From an uncultured Bacteroidales bacterium (GTDB taxonomy: Bacteria; Bacteroidota; Bacteroidia; Bacteroidales; UBA932), in contig ONCE01000011.1 in assembly GCA_900316245.1 (NCBI GenBank), positions 1,827 to 65,826 of the forward strand: a stretch of DNA of 64,000 nucleotides. Reading direction: 5' to 3'. The translations under genes and the position numbers were made by a program. Numbering within the stretch: the stretch's first letter is position 1; every line of letters begins with the position of its first letter. A model generated the notes under the pieces. That model was given only the letters and a program-made list of their open reading frames with translations. It did not search any database and was not told the origin of the DNA. Shown here piece after piece: positions 49,044 to 58,328 of this stretch.

Positions 49044-50101
49044 ACGGAAGCGGCCAGTTTCTTGGCCAGTTCCAGGAAGGCCTGTGAGTCGGGCCGGTCC
49101 AGAAGGGCTACGGGAGCACCCTCGTCTCCGCCTTCGCGGATGCCCTGCACCAGGGGAATCTGGCCCAGGAGGGGAAGATCCAGGTCCCCCGCCATCTTCA
49201 CGCCGCCGTCCTTTCCGAATAAATAGTATTTCTCATCGGGATGTGCCTCCGGCGTAAACCAGGCCATGTTTTCCACCAGTCCGTAGATGGGTTTGTTCAC
49301 CTGCGGATTGCGGAACATATTTACCCCGCGCAGGACATCGGCCAGGGCCACCTGCTGGGGTGTGGTTACAATGACGGCGCCCGTGAGCGGAACGTCCCCG
49401 ATGAGGGAAATATGGATGTCTCCGGTTCCCGGAGGCATGTCAATGAGCAAGAAGTCCAGCGGGCCCCAGAGGGTTTGCAGGATAATCTGCTTGAGGGCCG
49501 TTGAGGCCATGGGGCCACGCCAGATGAGCGCCTGCCCGGCGCCGGACACGTGGCCCACCGACAGCCATTTGACGCCGTACTTTTCTACGGGCACAAAGAG
49601 GTTGTCGTTCTCGTCTTCTCCGTACATTTCTATGGTGGCGTCTTCCGTCCCCGTCATAGTGGGGATGGAGGGGCCGTAAACGTCTGCGTCGGCCACGCCC
49701 ACGCGGTAGCCCAGGCGGGCCAGGGCCACGGCGAGGTTCACGGCCACGGTGCTTTTGCCCACGCCGCCTTTGCCGGAGGCCACGCCAATGATGTGGCTTA
49801 CCTCCCGCAGCTGGTCCAGATTGAACTGGATACCCTTGGGTGCGGGTTTGGCGGGGTCTTTCACAATGGTGTCCACCTCAATCTCGGTGCCGCCGGGGGC
49901 GTGCCGGTACAGGCAGGCCTGCGCAGCGCCAATAAGGTAATTCTTCAAAGGGTCGGGCCGCTTGGGGAAGGCGAGGGTCACATGGATGCGACCCTCTGCC
50001 ACTTCCACAGCGTCCACCATACCCAGTTGCAGGAGGTTCATGCCCTCCTTGGCGGGGTGCTCAACCTCCTGCAGCCAGTTATAAATGTCGGATTTTTCCA
50101 T
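49040..50101 (-). CDS. mrp: Mrp/NBP35 (ApbC) Fe-S cluster carrier ATPase
   Basis: ASGKGGVGKST, DADVYGPS, WRGPM, DMPPGTGD, VTTPQ and VENMAWF motifs. Confidence 0.93.
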   Translation of the reverse strand: MEKSDIYNWLQEVEHPAKEGMNLLQLGMVDAVEVAEGRIHVTLAFPKRPDPLKNYLIGAAQACLYRHAPGGTEIEVDTIVKDPAKPAPKGIQFNLDQLREVSHIIGVASGKGGVGKSTVAVNLAVALARLGYRVGVADADVYGPSIPTMTGTEDATIEMYGEDENDNLFVPVEKYGVKWLSVGHVSGAGQALIWRGPMASTALKQIILQTLWGPLDFLLIDMPPGTGDIHISLIGDVPLTGAVIVTTPQQVALADVLRGVNMFRNPQVNKPIYGLVENMAWFTPEAHPDEKYYLFGKDGGVKMAGDLDLPLLGQIPLVQGIREGGDEGAPVALLDRPDSQAFLELAKKLAASV

Positions 50102-50106
50102 TAAAA

Positions 50107-52221
50107 CTACTTGGCGTAAGTGAGTTCATTGATGAGGTTGGTTGCTCCACCAACCTTTTCGACCATCCAGAGAACATAGCGGATGTCCACGCAGATGCAG
50201 CGCTGGAGGGCGGGTTCAAACATTACGTCGGAGCTCATGCTCTCCCAGTTGCCGTCGAAGGCCAGGCCAATCAGGTTGCCCTTGGCGTCCAGGACGGGGG
50301 AGCCGGAGTTGCCGCCGGTGATGTCGTTGTTGGTAAGGAAGCAGGTGTGCAGGGTGCCGTCCTCATCGGCCCAGCGGCCATAGTCGCCGGCCTGGATCAG
50401 GGCTTTCACCTTGGCGGGAAGGATGAACTCCGGATTGGTGGGATCTTCCTTCTCCAGCAGGCCCTGGGCGGTGGTGTAGTACTTGTACACGAGGGCGTCC
50501 TTGGGGCTGTAAGGCAGTACGGTGCCGTAGGTCAGGCGCATGGTGGAGTTAGCATCCGGGTACATGGCCTTGCCTTCCTGCCATTCCAGGAGGGCGCCGG
50601 CAAAGTGCTTGCGGGCCTCGTTGTATTTCTGGTCCGTGTTGGCAGCGGCGCCGCGGGGGCGGTTGGGCGAGCCGTACAGGGCCTCGTAACGCTTCATCAG
50701 GACGCCGTAAAGGCCGGAATACAGGCCCACGGCGGGATCGGTCATTACCTGCTCCAGGGTGGCCTGGGTCAGTTTCTCATAAGATGTGAAGACGCTGTTG
50801 GCATAGACTTCCTCCACATAGGCGGGGATGTCCATGGTGGCAAAGTCCTGGCCGGGGATCTCCAGGTAGTCTTCCTTGACGGCGCGCTGGCGGTAGAACT
50901 CCAGCTGGGCGGCGGCAATCTTTTTGTCCACCTCCACCACATAGTCGCGGTAGCGGGCCTCCACGCGGGGGAAGACGCTGGCCAGCTGGGCGGTGGTGTC
51001 ACGCTGCAGTTCGCGGGCATAGGCGTTCATCAGGGCGGTGTACATGGTCACCAGCTCAATGTCGCCCACGGACTCGGAAATCAGGGTCACGGCGCGGTTG
51101 TCGGCGGAGTTCTTGTGCACGTATTCGGCAATGTCCTCGATGGGGGTGCCGTATTTGGCGGCGCGGGCGGGGTCTGCGGCAATCCAAGCTTTGAGCTGGG
51201 CCTCTTTCTCCTCTTCGCGGCCAATGATGTTCAGGTTCTCGAAGGCGAGTTCCTCACCCTGCCATTTCTTCCAGCCGTTGGCGCTGCCGGCGTATTTGTT
51301 GGCGTACTTGAGCTGGACGGAAGGGTCTGCGCACATAGCCTCCCACATAATGTCCTGGGACACGGTGCGGGCGTCGATGCGGATGCGGTTGGTGGCGATC
51401 ATCTCATTGAGCTGGGCGGCGGTCTGGTAGCGCTGGGTGCGGCCAGGGTAGCCCATAATCATGGCGTAGTCATTCTCCTTGACGCCCTTGGTGGCAATCT
51501 TCAGGCTGCGGGCGGGCTGGTAGGGAACGTTGTCGGCGCTGTAGGCGGCCGGCTGGTTGTTCTTGTCGGCGTATACGCGGAACATGGAGAAGTCGCAGGT
51601 GTGACGGGGCCACATCCAGTTGTCGGTTTCACCGCCGAACTTGCCCATGGAGGCGGAGGGGGCGGCCACGAAGCGCACGTCGCGATAGGTCTTGTAAACG
51701 ATGAGGTAGTAGACGTTCTCGTTGTAGAAGGAGTCTACCTCGGCCCGGCAGAAGGGGTTGGCTTCTTCTGCGGCTTTGATGATCTCATCGGCCTTGGCGT
51801 CCTTGTCTTCGGCCTTTTCAATCACGCTGGTCACGTCTTCCATGGAAATCAGGAAGGTGACGGAGAGGCCCGGAGCCGGGATTTCCTCGGCCAGGCTCTT
51901 GGCCCAGTAACCGTCCATCAGGTAGTTGTGCTCGTCGGAGGACAGGTTCTGGATGCTGCTGTAACCGCAGTGGTGGTTGGTTACCAGGAGGCCCTGGGAA
52001 CTGATCATCTCACCGGTGCAGCCGCCGCCGAAGTGTACGATGGCGTCTTTGAGGGAGGTCTTGTTGATGGAGTAGATTTCCTCGGGGGTGAGCTTGCAGC
52101 CCGTGGCCTTGAGGTCTTTTCCGTTGAGTTGCTTGAGGAGGGGCAGGAGCCACATTCCTTCGTCGGCAAAGGCCGTCAGAGAGAGGGCCATAGCGGCAAA
52201 AATTGCTAGAATTCGCTTCAT
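50107..52221 (-). CDS. dpp7: S46-family dipeptidyl peptidase, DPP7-type
   Basis: DEGMW, TNHHC (His), DNWMWPRH..DFS (Asp), ITGGNSGSP (Ser). AFDGNWE has Gly at the S1 position, as in DPP7 (DPP11 has Arg). Confidence 0.88.
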   Translation of the reverse strand: MKRILAIFAAMALSLTAFADEGMWLLPLLKQLNGKDLKATGCKLTPEEIYSINKTSLKDAIVHFGGGCTGEMISSQGLLVTNHHCGYSSIQNLSSDEHNYLMDGYWAKSLAEEIPAPGLSVTFLISMEDVTSVIEKAEDKDAKADEIIKAAEEANPFCRAEVDSFYNENVYYLIVYKTYRDVRFVAAPSASMGKFGGETDNWMWPRHTCDFSMFRVYADKNNQPAAYSADNVPYQPARSLKIATKGVKENDYAMIMGYPGRTQRYQTAAQLNEMIATNRIRIDARTVSQDIMWEAMCADPSVQLKYANKYAGSANGWKKWQGEELAFENLNIIGREEEKEAQLKAWIAADPARAAKYGTPIEDIAEYVHKNSADNRAVTLISESVGDIELVTMYTALMNAYARELQRDTTAQLASVFPRVEARYRDYVVEVDKKIAAAQLEFYRQRAVKEDYLEIPGQDFATMDIPAYVEEVYANSVFTSYEKLTQATLEQVMTDPAVGLYSGLYGVLMKRYEALYGSPNRPRGAAANTDQKYNEARKHFAGALLEWQEGKAMYPDANSTMRLTYGTVLPYSPKDALVYKYYTTAQGLLEKEDPTNPEFILPAKVKALIQAGDYGRWADEDGTLHTCFLTNNDITGGNSGSPVLDAKGNLIGLAFDGNWESMSSDVMFEPALQRCICVDIRYVLWMVEKVGGATNLINELTYAK

Positions 52222-52251
52222 CTTCTTAAAAGGTTTTGTGTTGAATGCCTA

Positions 52252-52259
52252 CAAAGATA
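52252..52259 (-). promoter_or_regulatory. -7 promoter element (TATCTTTG) for dpp7-mrp
   Basis: caaagata, immediately after the rnhB stop and 30 nt upstream of the dpp7 ATG. Confidence 0.6.
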
Positions 52260-52260
52260 G

Positions 52261-52875
52261 TCAAAATAGGGAAGGTTCCAACTCTTTCACGTGGAAAGAT
52301 TTCCGGTGCCAGGGGGTGTAGCCGTATTTTCGGATGGCTTCGATGTGCTCGGGCGTAGGGTAGCCCATATTGCGGTCCCAGCCGTACTGGGGATAGTCCC
52401 GGGCAATTTGGCGCATAAAATCGTCCCGGTAGGTCTTGGCCAGGACGGAAGCGGCGGCAATGGACGCAAAGGTGGCATCCCCGTGCACCACGGTCCGGTA
52501 ATCCTTGAAACCATACGGGCCGAAGGGCCGGAACTTGTTTCCGTCAATGAGAAGGAACGCCGGGGCGGGATTGAGCCGCAGCACCGCGCGCTGCATCCCC
52601 GTCACAGACGCCCAAAGGATATTGAGCTGGTCAATCTCCTGGGCCGAAACGGCCTCCACAGCCCACGCTACGGCCTCTTTCTCGATAATGGGCCGAAGTT
52701 CCTCGCGGGCCTTTTCGCTCATCTGCTTGGAGTCGTTCAGCAGGGGATGGTGGAAGTCCGGCGGAAGGATGACGGCGGCGGCGTATACCGGTCCCGCCAG
52801 CGGGCCCCTGCCCGCCTCGTCACACCCGGCCTCCCATCGGCCCGGCTCCAGATACGGTTTTAACTGCGGGATCAA
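52261..52875 (-). CDS. rnhB: Ribonuclease HII
   Basis: GCDEAGRGPLAGPV, LNDSKQ, DGNKF, GDATFASIAAASVLAK and GYPT motifs. Probable TTG start at 52875 overlapping the upstream TGA. Confidence 0.95.
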   Translation of the reverse strand: MIPQLKPYLEPGRWEAGCDEAGRGPLAGPVYAAAVILPPDFHHPLLNDSKQMSEKAREELRPIIEKEAVAWAVEAVSAQEIDQLNILWASVTGMQRAVLRLNPAPAFLLIDGNKFRPFGPYGFKDYRTVVHGDATFASIAAASVLAKTYRDDFMRQIARDYPQYGWDRNMGYPTPEHIEAIRKYGYTPWHRKSFHVKELEPSLF

Positions 52876-53516
52876 TAGCAGACGGCGAGGCCCACGGAGA
52901 AGGTGGACTGTTTGTTGAAGCCGATGGGCTGGTAGCGGAGCATCAGGCCCATGTCTTCGAACCACACGATGGCCTTCAGGTCCAGGCGGAAGCCCGTGCG
53001 CTCACGGATGGGGTAGAAGTTGTCGTGGTAGTGGACGTCATCGGCGATGTAATCATTGTGGTAGCGGATCAGGCCCAGGCCGGGAGCCACGAAGAGGCTG
53101 GCGGCCCAGCGGCTGCTGAAGCGCTGGGTATAGCCGAAGGGGAAGGAGAAGGCCACGTCCGTGATGTGGGCTTTGGCGCGGGAGTCTTCCGCAGCCCTGT
53201 AGATGTCGCCCATAGGGACGCTTTCGAAGATGTTGCCTTTCTGGAGGTAGCGGAAATCCAGCTGGATGTCCAGGATGCCCAGGGAGACAATGCTGTTCTT
53301 GGTAATCATATACTGGCCTTCCAGGATGCAGAAATCCAGGCCCAGGCCACTGCGGGACATCCCTTCCGGAACGTTGTTCACAAGGTTGTAGGAGATGCCT
53401 ATGCGGCCGGCGACATTCCACGCCGTATCTTCGAATTTGTAGTAATTATAAGAGGATTGGGCCAGTGCGGAAAGGCTAATAATGGCCGTCACAGCCAAAG
53501 CGAACAGTTTTTTCAT
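52872..53516 (-). CDS. Hypothetical exported protein, probable small beta-barrel (PorT-like)
   Basis: Signal peptide MKKLFALAVTAIISLSALA; alternating hydrophobic strands; C-terminal aromatic residue (GLAVCY). Confidence 0.55.
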   Translation of the reverse strand: MKKLFALAVTAIISLSALAQSSYNYYKFEDTAWNVAGRIGISYNLVNNVPEGMSRSGLGLDFCILEGQYMITKNSIVSLGILDIQLDFRYLQKGNIFESVPMGDIYRAAEDSRAKAHITDVAFSFPFGYTQRFSSRWAASLFVAPGLGLIRYHNDYIADDVHYHDNFYPIRERTGFRLDLKAIVWFEDMGLMLRYQPIGFNKQSTFSVGLAVCY

Positions 53517-53537
53517 CTTTTCTGGTTTTAACTTGGG

Positions 53538-53565
53538 CAAATATAACTAAATTTCCTTATATTTG
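53538..53565. promoter_or_regulatory. Bidirectional promoter (CAAATATA-N12-TATATTTG) for the hypothetical OMP gene and EF-G2
   Basis: Opposed TAnnTTTG elements at 53538-53545 (-) and 53558-53565 (+). Confidence 0.75.
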
Positions 53566-53607
53566 TGGGCTACCAAAACAGATATTAAAAATAATCAATA
53601 ACACAAG

Positions 53608-55746
53608 ATGAAAACTTACACTACAAAAAACATCCGCAACATTGTCCTCATCGGCGCCCCGCGTTCCGGTAAGACCACCCTCTCCGAGGCCATGCTTTTC
53701 GAAGGAAAAGTGATCGATCGCCGCGGTAGCGTCGAAGAAAAGAACACCGTTTCCGATAATACCGAGTTTGAGCAGACCAACCAGAAGTCCATCAACGCCA
53801 CTCCTCTGTACGCAGAGTTTGGCGGCTGCAAGATCAACTTCATCGACGCTCCCGGTTCCGACGATTTCTCCGGTGGCGCCCTGTCCGCTTTCAAGGTAGT
53901 GGATGCCGCCATCATGGTGATGAACGGCACCGCCGGCATCGAGGTGGGTACCACCCTGTTTGCTCGCTACGCAGACCAGTACGGCATTCCTATGGTCATC
54001 GCCGTCAACCAGCTGGACCACGACAAGGCCAACTGGGAAGGTGTGCGCAACGCCATTAACGAGGAGTTTGGCAAGAAGGCTGCCATCTGCCAGTTCCCGG
54101 CTGCCCCCGGCGCCGGCCTGGAAGGCTTTGTGGATGTGATCACCATGAAGTTCTACAATAAGAAGAACGAGGAAATGGACATCCCCGCCGCCTACGCCGA
54201 CGAGGCCGAAGAACTCCGCTCCCAGCTTATGGAAAAGGCCGCAGAAGGCTCCGACGAACTCATGGAGAAGTTCTTCGAGACCATGGAACTCACCACCGAC
54301 GAAATCCGTGAAGGTCTCCGTATGGGCCTGCAGAAGGGTGAAACCATCCCCGTGTTCTGCACCGCCGCCAAGGAGAACATCGGCGTAAAGCGCCTGATGG
54401 AGTTCACCGTGAACGTGGTTCCTTCTCCCGAAGGAAAGGAAGAGCCCACCGTGGACGGCGGCACCCTCAAGTGCGATCCTAACGGTCCCGTGGCCCTGTT
54501 CATCTTCAAGACTTCCGTAGAGCAGCACCTCGGTGAAGTTTCCTACTTCAAGGTGATGAGCGGCACCCTCAACGAGGGCGCAGACCTCGTGAACCCCGAG
54601 ACCGGTAACAGCGAGCGCCTCAGCGCCATCTACGCCGTGGCCGGTGCCAAGAAGGAAAAAGTGGCTTCCCTCACCGCCGGTGATATCGGCTGCGCGATGA
54701 AGCTCAAAGCCGGCAAGACGGATGTGACCCTCGCCCAGAACGGCGTGGAAGCCATCAAGCATATGGTCTTCCCGGATGCCAAGTACCGCTGCGCCGTCAA
54801 GGCCGTGGACAAGAACGACGAGGCCAAGGTGGGCGACGCCCTCAACAAGATCGCTTCCCAGGATCCCACCATCACCGTGGAATACTCCAAGGAACTGCGC
54901 CAGACCATCCTCTCCGGTATGGGCGAGCAGCATATCAACTACGTCAAGTGGAGAATCACCAACGAGTTCAAGCAGAACATCGAGCTCTACGCTCCCAAGG
55001 TGCCCTACCGCGAGACCATCACCAAGATCGCAACGGCCCAGTACCGTCACAAGAAGCAGTCCGGCGGCGCCGGCCAGTTCGGTGAGGTACACCTGCTGGT
55101 ATGCCCTTACGTAGAAGGTCAGGAAGCTCCCAAGAACTTCAAGATTGACGGCAAGGACGTGGTCTTCAACTTCAAGAGCCAGGATATCACGGACCTCGAG
55201 TGGGGTGGCAAGCTGGAATTCTACAACTGCGTTGTGGGTGGTTCCATCGACCTCTCCTTCATGCCCGCCATCCTCAAGGGTATCAAGAGCAAGATGGAGG
55301 AAGGCCCTCTCACCGGTTCCTACGCCCGTGACATCCGCGTCTATGTATACGACGGTAAGATGCACCCGGTAGACTCCAAGGAAATCGCCTTCATCATCGC
55401 CGGCCGTAACGCCTTCAAGGAGGCCTTCCGCAATGCCGGTCCCAAGATTCTGGAACCCATCTACAATGTGGATATCTTCACCCCCAACGAGTATGTAGGA
55501 CCTTGCATGAGCGACCTTAACACCCGTCGTGGTATGATCATGAACCAGGATATGGAGAAGGGCTTCACCGTGCTCCACGCCCGCGTTCCGCTGGCAGAGC
55601 TCTACCGCTACTCCACCATCCTGAGCTCCCTCACCGGTGGTTCCGCTACCTTCCAGATGAAATTTGCCGAGTACGTCCAGGTTCCCGCCGACGTCCAGAC
55701 CAAGCTCCTGGCAGAGTACGCCGCCCAGGAAGAAGAGGAAGATTAA
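53608..55746 (+). CDS. fusA2: Elongation factor G paralog (EF-G2 type)
   Basis: IRNIVLIG..SGKTT, DAPGSDDF, VPYRETI, KKQSGGAGQFG, DGKMHPVDS and ILEPIY motifs; strongly biased codon usage. Confidence 0.92.
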   Translation: MKTYTTKNIRNIVLIGAPRSGKTTLSEAMLFEGKVIDRRGSVEEKNTVSDNTEFEQTNQKSINATPLYAEFGGCKINFIDAPGSDDFSGGALSAFKVVDAAIMVMNGTAGIEVGTTLFARYADQYGIPMVIAVNQLDHDKANWEGVRNAINEEFGKKAAICQFPAAPGAGLEGFVDVITMKFYNKKNEEMDIPAAYADEAEELRSQLMEKAAEGSDELMEKFFETMELTTDEIREGLRMGLQKGETIPVFCTAAKENIGVKRLMEFTVNVVPSPEGKEEPTVDGGTLKCDPNGPVALFIFKTSVEQHLGEVSYFKVMSGTLNEGADLVNPETGNSERLSAIYAVAGAKKEKVASLTAGDIGCAMKLKAGKTDVTLAQNGVEAIKHMVFPDAKYRCAVKAVDKNDEAKVGDALNKIASQDPTITVEYSKELRQTILSGMGEQHINYVKWRITNEFKQNIELYAPKVPYRETITKIATAQYRHKKQSGGAGQFGEVHLLVCPYVEGQEAPKNFKIDGKDVVFNFKSQDITDLEWGGKLEFYNCVVGGSIDLSFMPAILKGIKSKMEEGPLTGSYARDIRVYVYDGKMHPVDSKEIAFIIAGRNAFKEAFRNAGPKILEPIYNVDIFTPNEYVGPCMSDLNTRRGMIMNQDMEKGFTVLHARVPLAELYRYSTILSSLTGGSATFQMKFAEYVQVPADVQTKLLAEYAAQEEEED

Positions 55747-55766
55747 GTTCCGCAAACCTTACAGCG

Positions 55767-55801
55767 AAAGGTGCCATCTCTTTGGGTTGGCACCTTTTTT
55801 T
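55767..55801 (+). terminator. Rho-independent terminator after EF-G2
   Basis: 10-bp perfect stem aaaggtgcca/tggcaccttt (55767-55776 with 55788-55797) followed by a T-run. Confidence 0.85.
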
Positions 55802-55804
55802 GTT

Positions 55805-55812
55805 TATCTTTG
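55805..55812 (+). promoter_or_regulatory. -7 promoter element (TATCTTTG) for the transglutaminase-like pair
   Basis: Matches TAnnTTTG right after the terminator, 19 nt upstream of ATG 55832. Confidence 0.65.
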
Positions 55813-55831
55813 TAAGACTAACTATATATTA

Positions 55832-58318
55832 ATGAAACGGATTAGCTTATTTCTGCTTTCGCTGGGAATCCTTCTTTCCTGCAGCGAAAAAACGTATGTA
55901 AAAGATTATAATGCCCGTCTGGAGACCAACGGGGGCACCCTGGCACCTATGATGGCCCTTCCCGAGGGCATATCGGCCCAGGAAAAGGACGCCTTGCAGT
56001 TCCTTTATGCCTATATGCCCCTGGCCGACATCACGGACTATTCGCCGGAGTTCTACCTGCAGAGCGTCCGCTCCAGCCTCCGGGCCCGGGAAGAGATGGG
56101 CTGGAACGTGCCGGAGCGCGAGTTCCGCCATTTTGTGCTTCCGCTCCGCGTGAACAACGAGGACCTGGACAGCGCCCGCGTGGTGTTTTACCGCGAACTG
56201 AAGCCCCGCATCCAGGGCCTTTCGATGGAAGAGGCTATCCTGGAGGTGAACCACTGGTGCCACGAGAAGATGACCTACCAGCCTTCCGACGGCCGTACCC
56301 ACAGCCCGCTGGCTTCGCTCAAGAATGCCCTGGGCCGCTGCGGTGAAGAATCCACCTTCTGCGTCACTGCCCTCCGCGCCGTGGGCATTCCCGCCCGCCA
56401 GGTTTACACCCCGCGCTGGGCCCACACGGAGAGCAACCACGCCTGGGTGGAGGCCTGGGCCAATGGAAAGTGGCGTTTCCTGGGCGCCTGCGAGCCCGAA
56501 CCGGTGCTGGACCTGGGTTGGTTCAACGCCCCCGCCTCCCGTGCCATGCTTATGCATACCAAGGTCTTCGGCCGTTATGACGGCCCCGAAGAAGTGGTGC
56601 TGGATACGCCCGGCTATAGGGAAATCAACCTCATAGAGAATTATGCCAAGGCCGCCAAGGCCACCGTTACGGTGGTTTCGGCCCAGGGAAAACCCGTCCA
56701 GGACGCCCGCGTCAACTTCTGCATCTATAACTCCTCCGAGTTCTTCCCGGCCGTGGCCAAGTACACGGACGCCAAGGGCCAGACCTTCCTTTCGGCCGGT
56801 CTGGGTGATATGCTGGTCTGGGCCTCCAAAGACGGCGCCTATGGCTTCAAGAAGGTTCGCTTCGGCGAGGATTCCGAGGTAACCGTCACGCTGGATTCTC
56901 CCACCGGAGACCCTGTGAGTTCCGTGCTTATGGCCGTGGTTCCGCCGCCGGAGAACGTGGTCCTTCCGGAAGTCACCCCTGAGCAGCGCGCCCAGAACGA
57001 CCGCCGGATGGCCTACGAGGACTCCGTCCGCAAGGTTTATATGTCCACCTTCCCCACCCGCCAGGAAGCCCAGGTGTTCGTGGCCGAAAACGGCCTTCCT
57101 GAGTCTGCCGTCCGCCTGGTGGAGGCTTCGGCCGGCAATGGGAAAACCATCAAGGCTTTCCTTGCGGAGGCCGCTGACAAGGAACGCGCCGTCCGGCTGC
57201 TGGAAAGCCTGAGCCGCAAAGACCTCTCCGATGTGCCCGCCAACATCCTCTGGGACAGTTACAACGCCACGGAGAGCCTCCTTCCCGTCCGCATCGAGAG
57301 CGAGTTCCTGTCGCCCTACAAGGGCTGGTTCCTGGAAAATGTCCCGGCCAGCCTGCAGGAGCAGTTCCGGGGCAACGCCCAGGCCATCCTGGACTGGGTG
57401 AACGCCAATATAACGGTAGACGAAGATCCGCTGTTCTGGGACATTCCTATGTCTCCTGCCGGTGTATGGAAAGCCCGTCTGGCCAACCCCCGTTCCCGGG
57501 ATCTGCTGGCCATCGCCCTGGGCCGCACCTTCGGCGCCGAAATCAGAAGGGACCGCTTCACCTCTTCCCTCCGCTTTGAAAACGACAAGGCCGATGTGCC
57601 CACGGGGCACGTGGAGCTGAGTTACGAGCCGGTAGAGGGCATAGCCCTGCCGGAATATGGCTCCCACTATACGGTAAGCCGCATTGTGGACGGCGATCCC
57701 CAGATGATCTACTTGGGCTTCGGCGGTCCTCAGATGCGCCGTTTCGGCGTCACCAACGACCTCCCCGTGGGTGACTACATCCTCACCTCCGGCAACCGCC
57801 TGTCGGACGGCAGCACCCCGGTTACCGTAACCCTCTTCCACGTTTCGGCCGGCGCCAACCTCACGGTTCCCGTAGTTATTGAGACGGTCCTGGAGGAAGT
57901 GAAGGTGCGCGGAGAAGTGCCCGCCGGTCTTTTCCCGGCCTCCGGTTACTATGCCGCCGCCATCCTGGATGTAGGTCTGGAGCCCACCAACCACGTCCTC
58001 AACGACCTTTCGGCCGAAAAAGAGGCCCTGGAGAAATGGGGTGCCCCCATCTACCTGGTAGCCACCAGCGACGCCCAGATGGAGCGCCTGCACAGCGAGA
58101 TTGAGCAGGGTCGCTTCGGCACCCTGCCTTCCACCGTGGTCTTCATCACCAATACGGAAGGAAACATCCTGGAGGCCATTCTCAAGGGTGCATCCCTGCG
58201 GGAGGGCCAGCTTCCCGTGGTGTTCGTAGCCAACGAAAAGGGAGAAGTGTTCTTCGTTTCCCAAGGATATACCATCGGTATGGGTGCGCAGATAGCCGCC
58301 CTGGCCAAAAAACTCTAA
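55832..58318 (+). CDS. Transglutaminase-like superfamily lipoprotein 1
   Basis: Lipoprotein signal MKRISLFLLSLGILLSC; GRCGEES (Cys 56339-41), NHAWVEAW (His 56438-40), FLGACEP. True start is ATG 55832. Confidence 0.88.
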   Translation: MKRISLFLLSLGILLSCSEKTYVKDYNARLETNGGTLAPMMALPEGISAQEKDALQFLYAYMPLADITDYSPEFYLQSVRSSLRAREEMGWNVPEREFRHFVLPLRVNNEDLDSARVVFYRELKPRIQGLSMEEAILEVNHWCHEKMTYQPSDGRTHSPLASLKNALGRCGEESTFCVTALRAVGIPARQVYTPRWAHTESNHAWVEAWANGKWRFLGACEPEPVLDLGWFNAPASRAMLMHTKVFGRYDGPEEVVLDTPGYREINLIENYAKAAKATVTVVSAQGKPVQDARVNFCIYNSSEFFPAVAKYTDAKGQTFLSAGLGDMLVWASKDGAYGFKKVRFGEDSEVTVTLDSPTGDPVSSVLMAVVPPPENVVLPEVTPEQRAQNDRRMAYEDSVRKVYMSTFPTRQEAQVFVAENGLPESAVRLVEASAGNGKTIKAFLAEAADKERAVRLLESLSRKDLSDVPANILWDSYNATESLLPVRIESEFLSPYKGWFLENVPASLQEQFRGNAQAILDWVNANITVDEDPLFWDIPMSPAGVWKARLANPRSRDLLAIALGRTFGAEIRRDRFTSSLRFENDKADVPTGHVELSYEPVEGIALPEYGSHYTVSRIVDGDPQMIYLGFGGPQMRRFGVTNDLPVGDYILTSGNRLSDGSTPVTVTLFHVSAGANLTVPVVIETVLEEVKVRGEVPAGLFPASGYYAAAILDVGLEPTNHVLNDLSAEKEALEKWGAPIYLVATSDAQMERLHSEIEQGRFGTLPSTVVFITNTEGNILEAILKGASLREGQLPVVFVANEKGEVFFVSQGYTIGMGAQIAALAKKL

Positions 58319-58328
58319 ACAACAGCCT

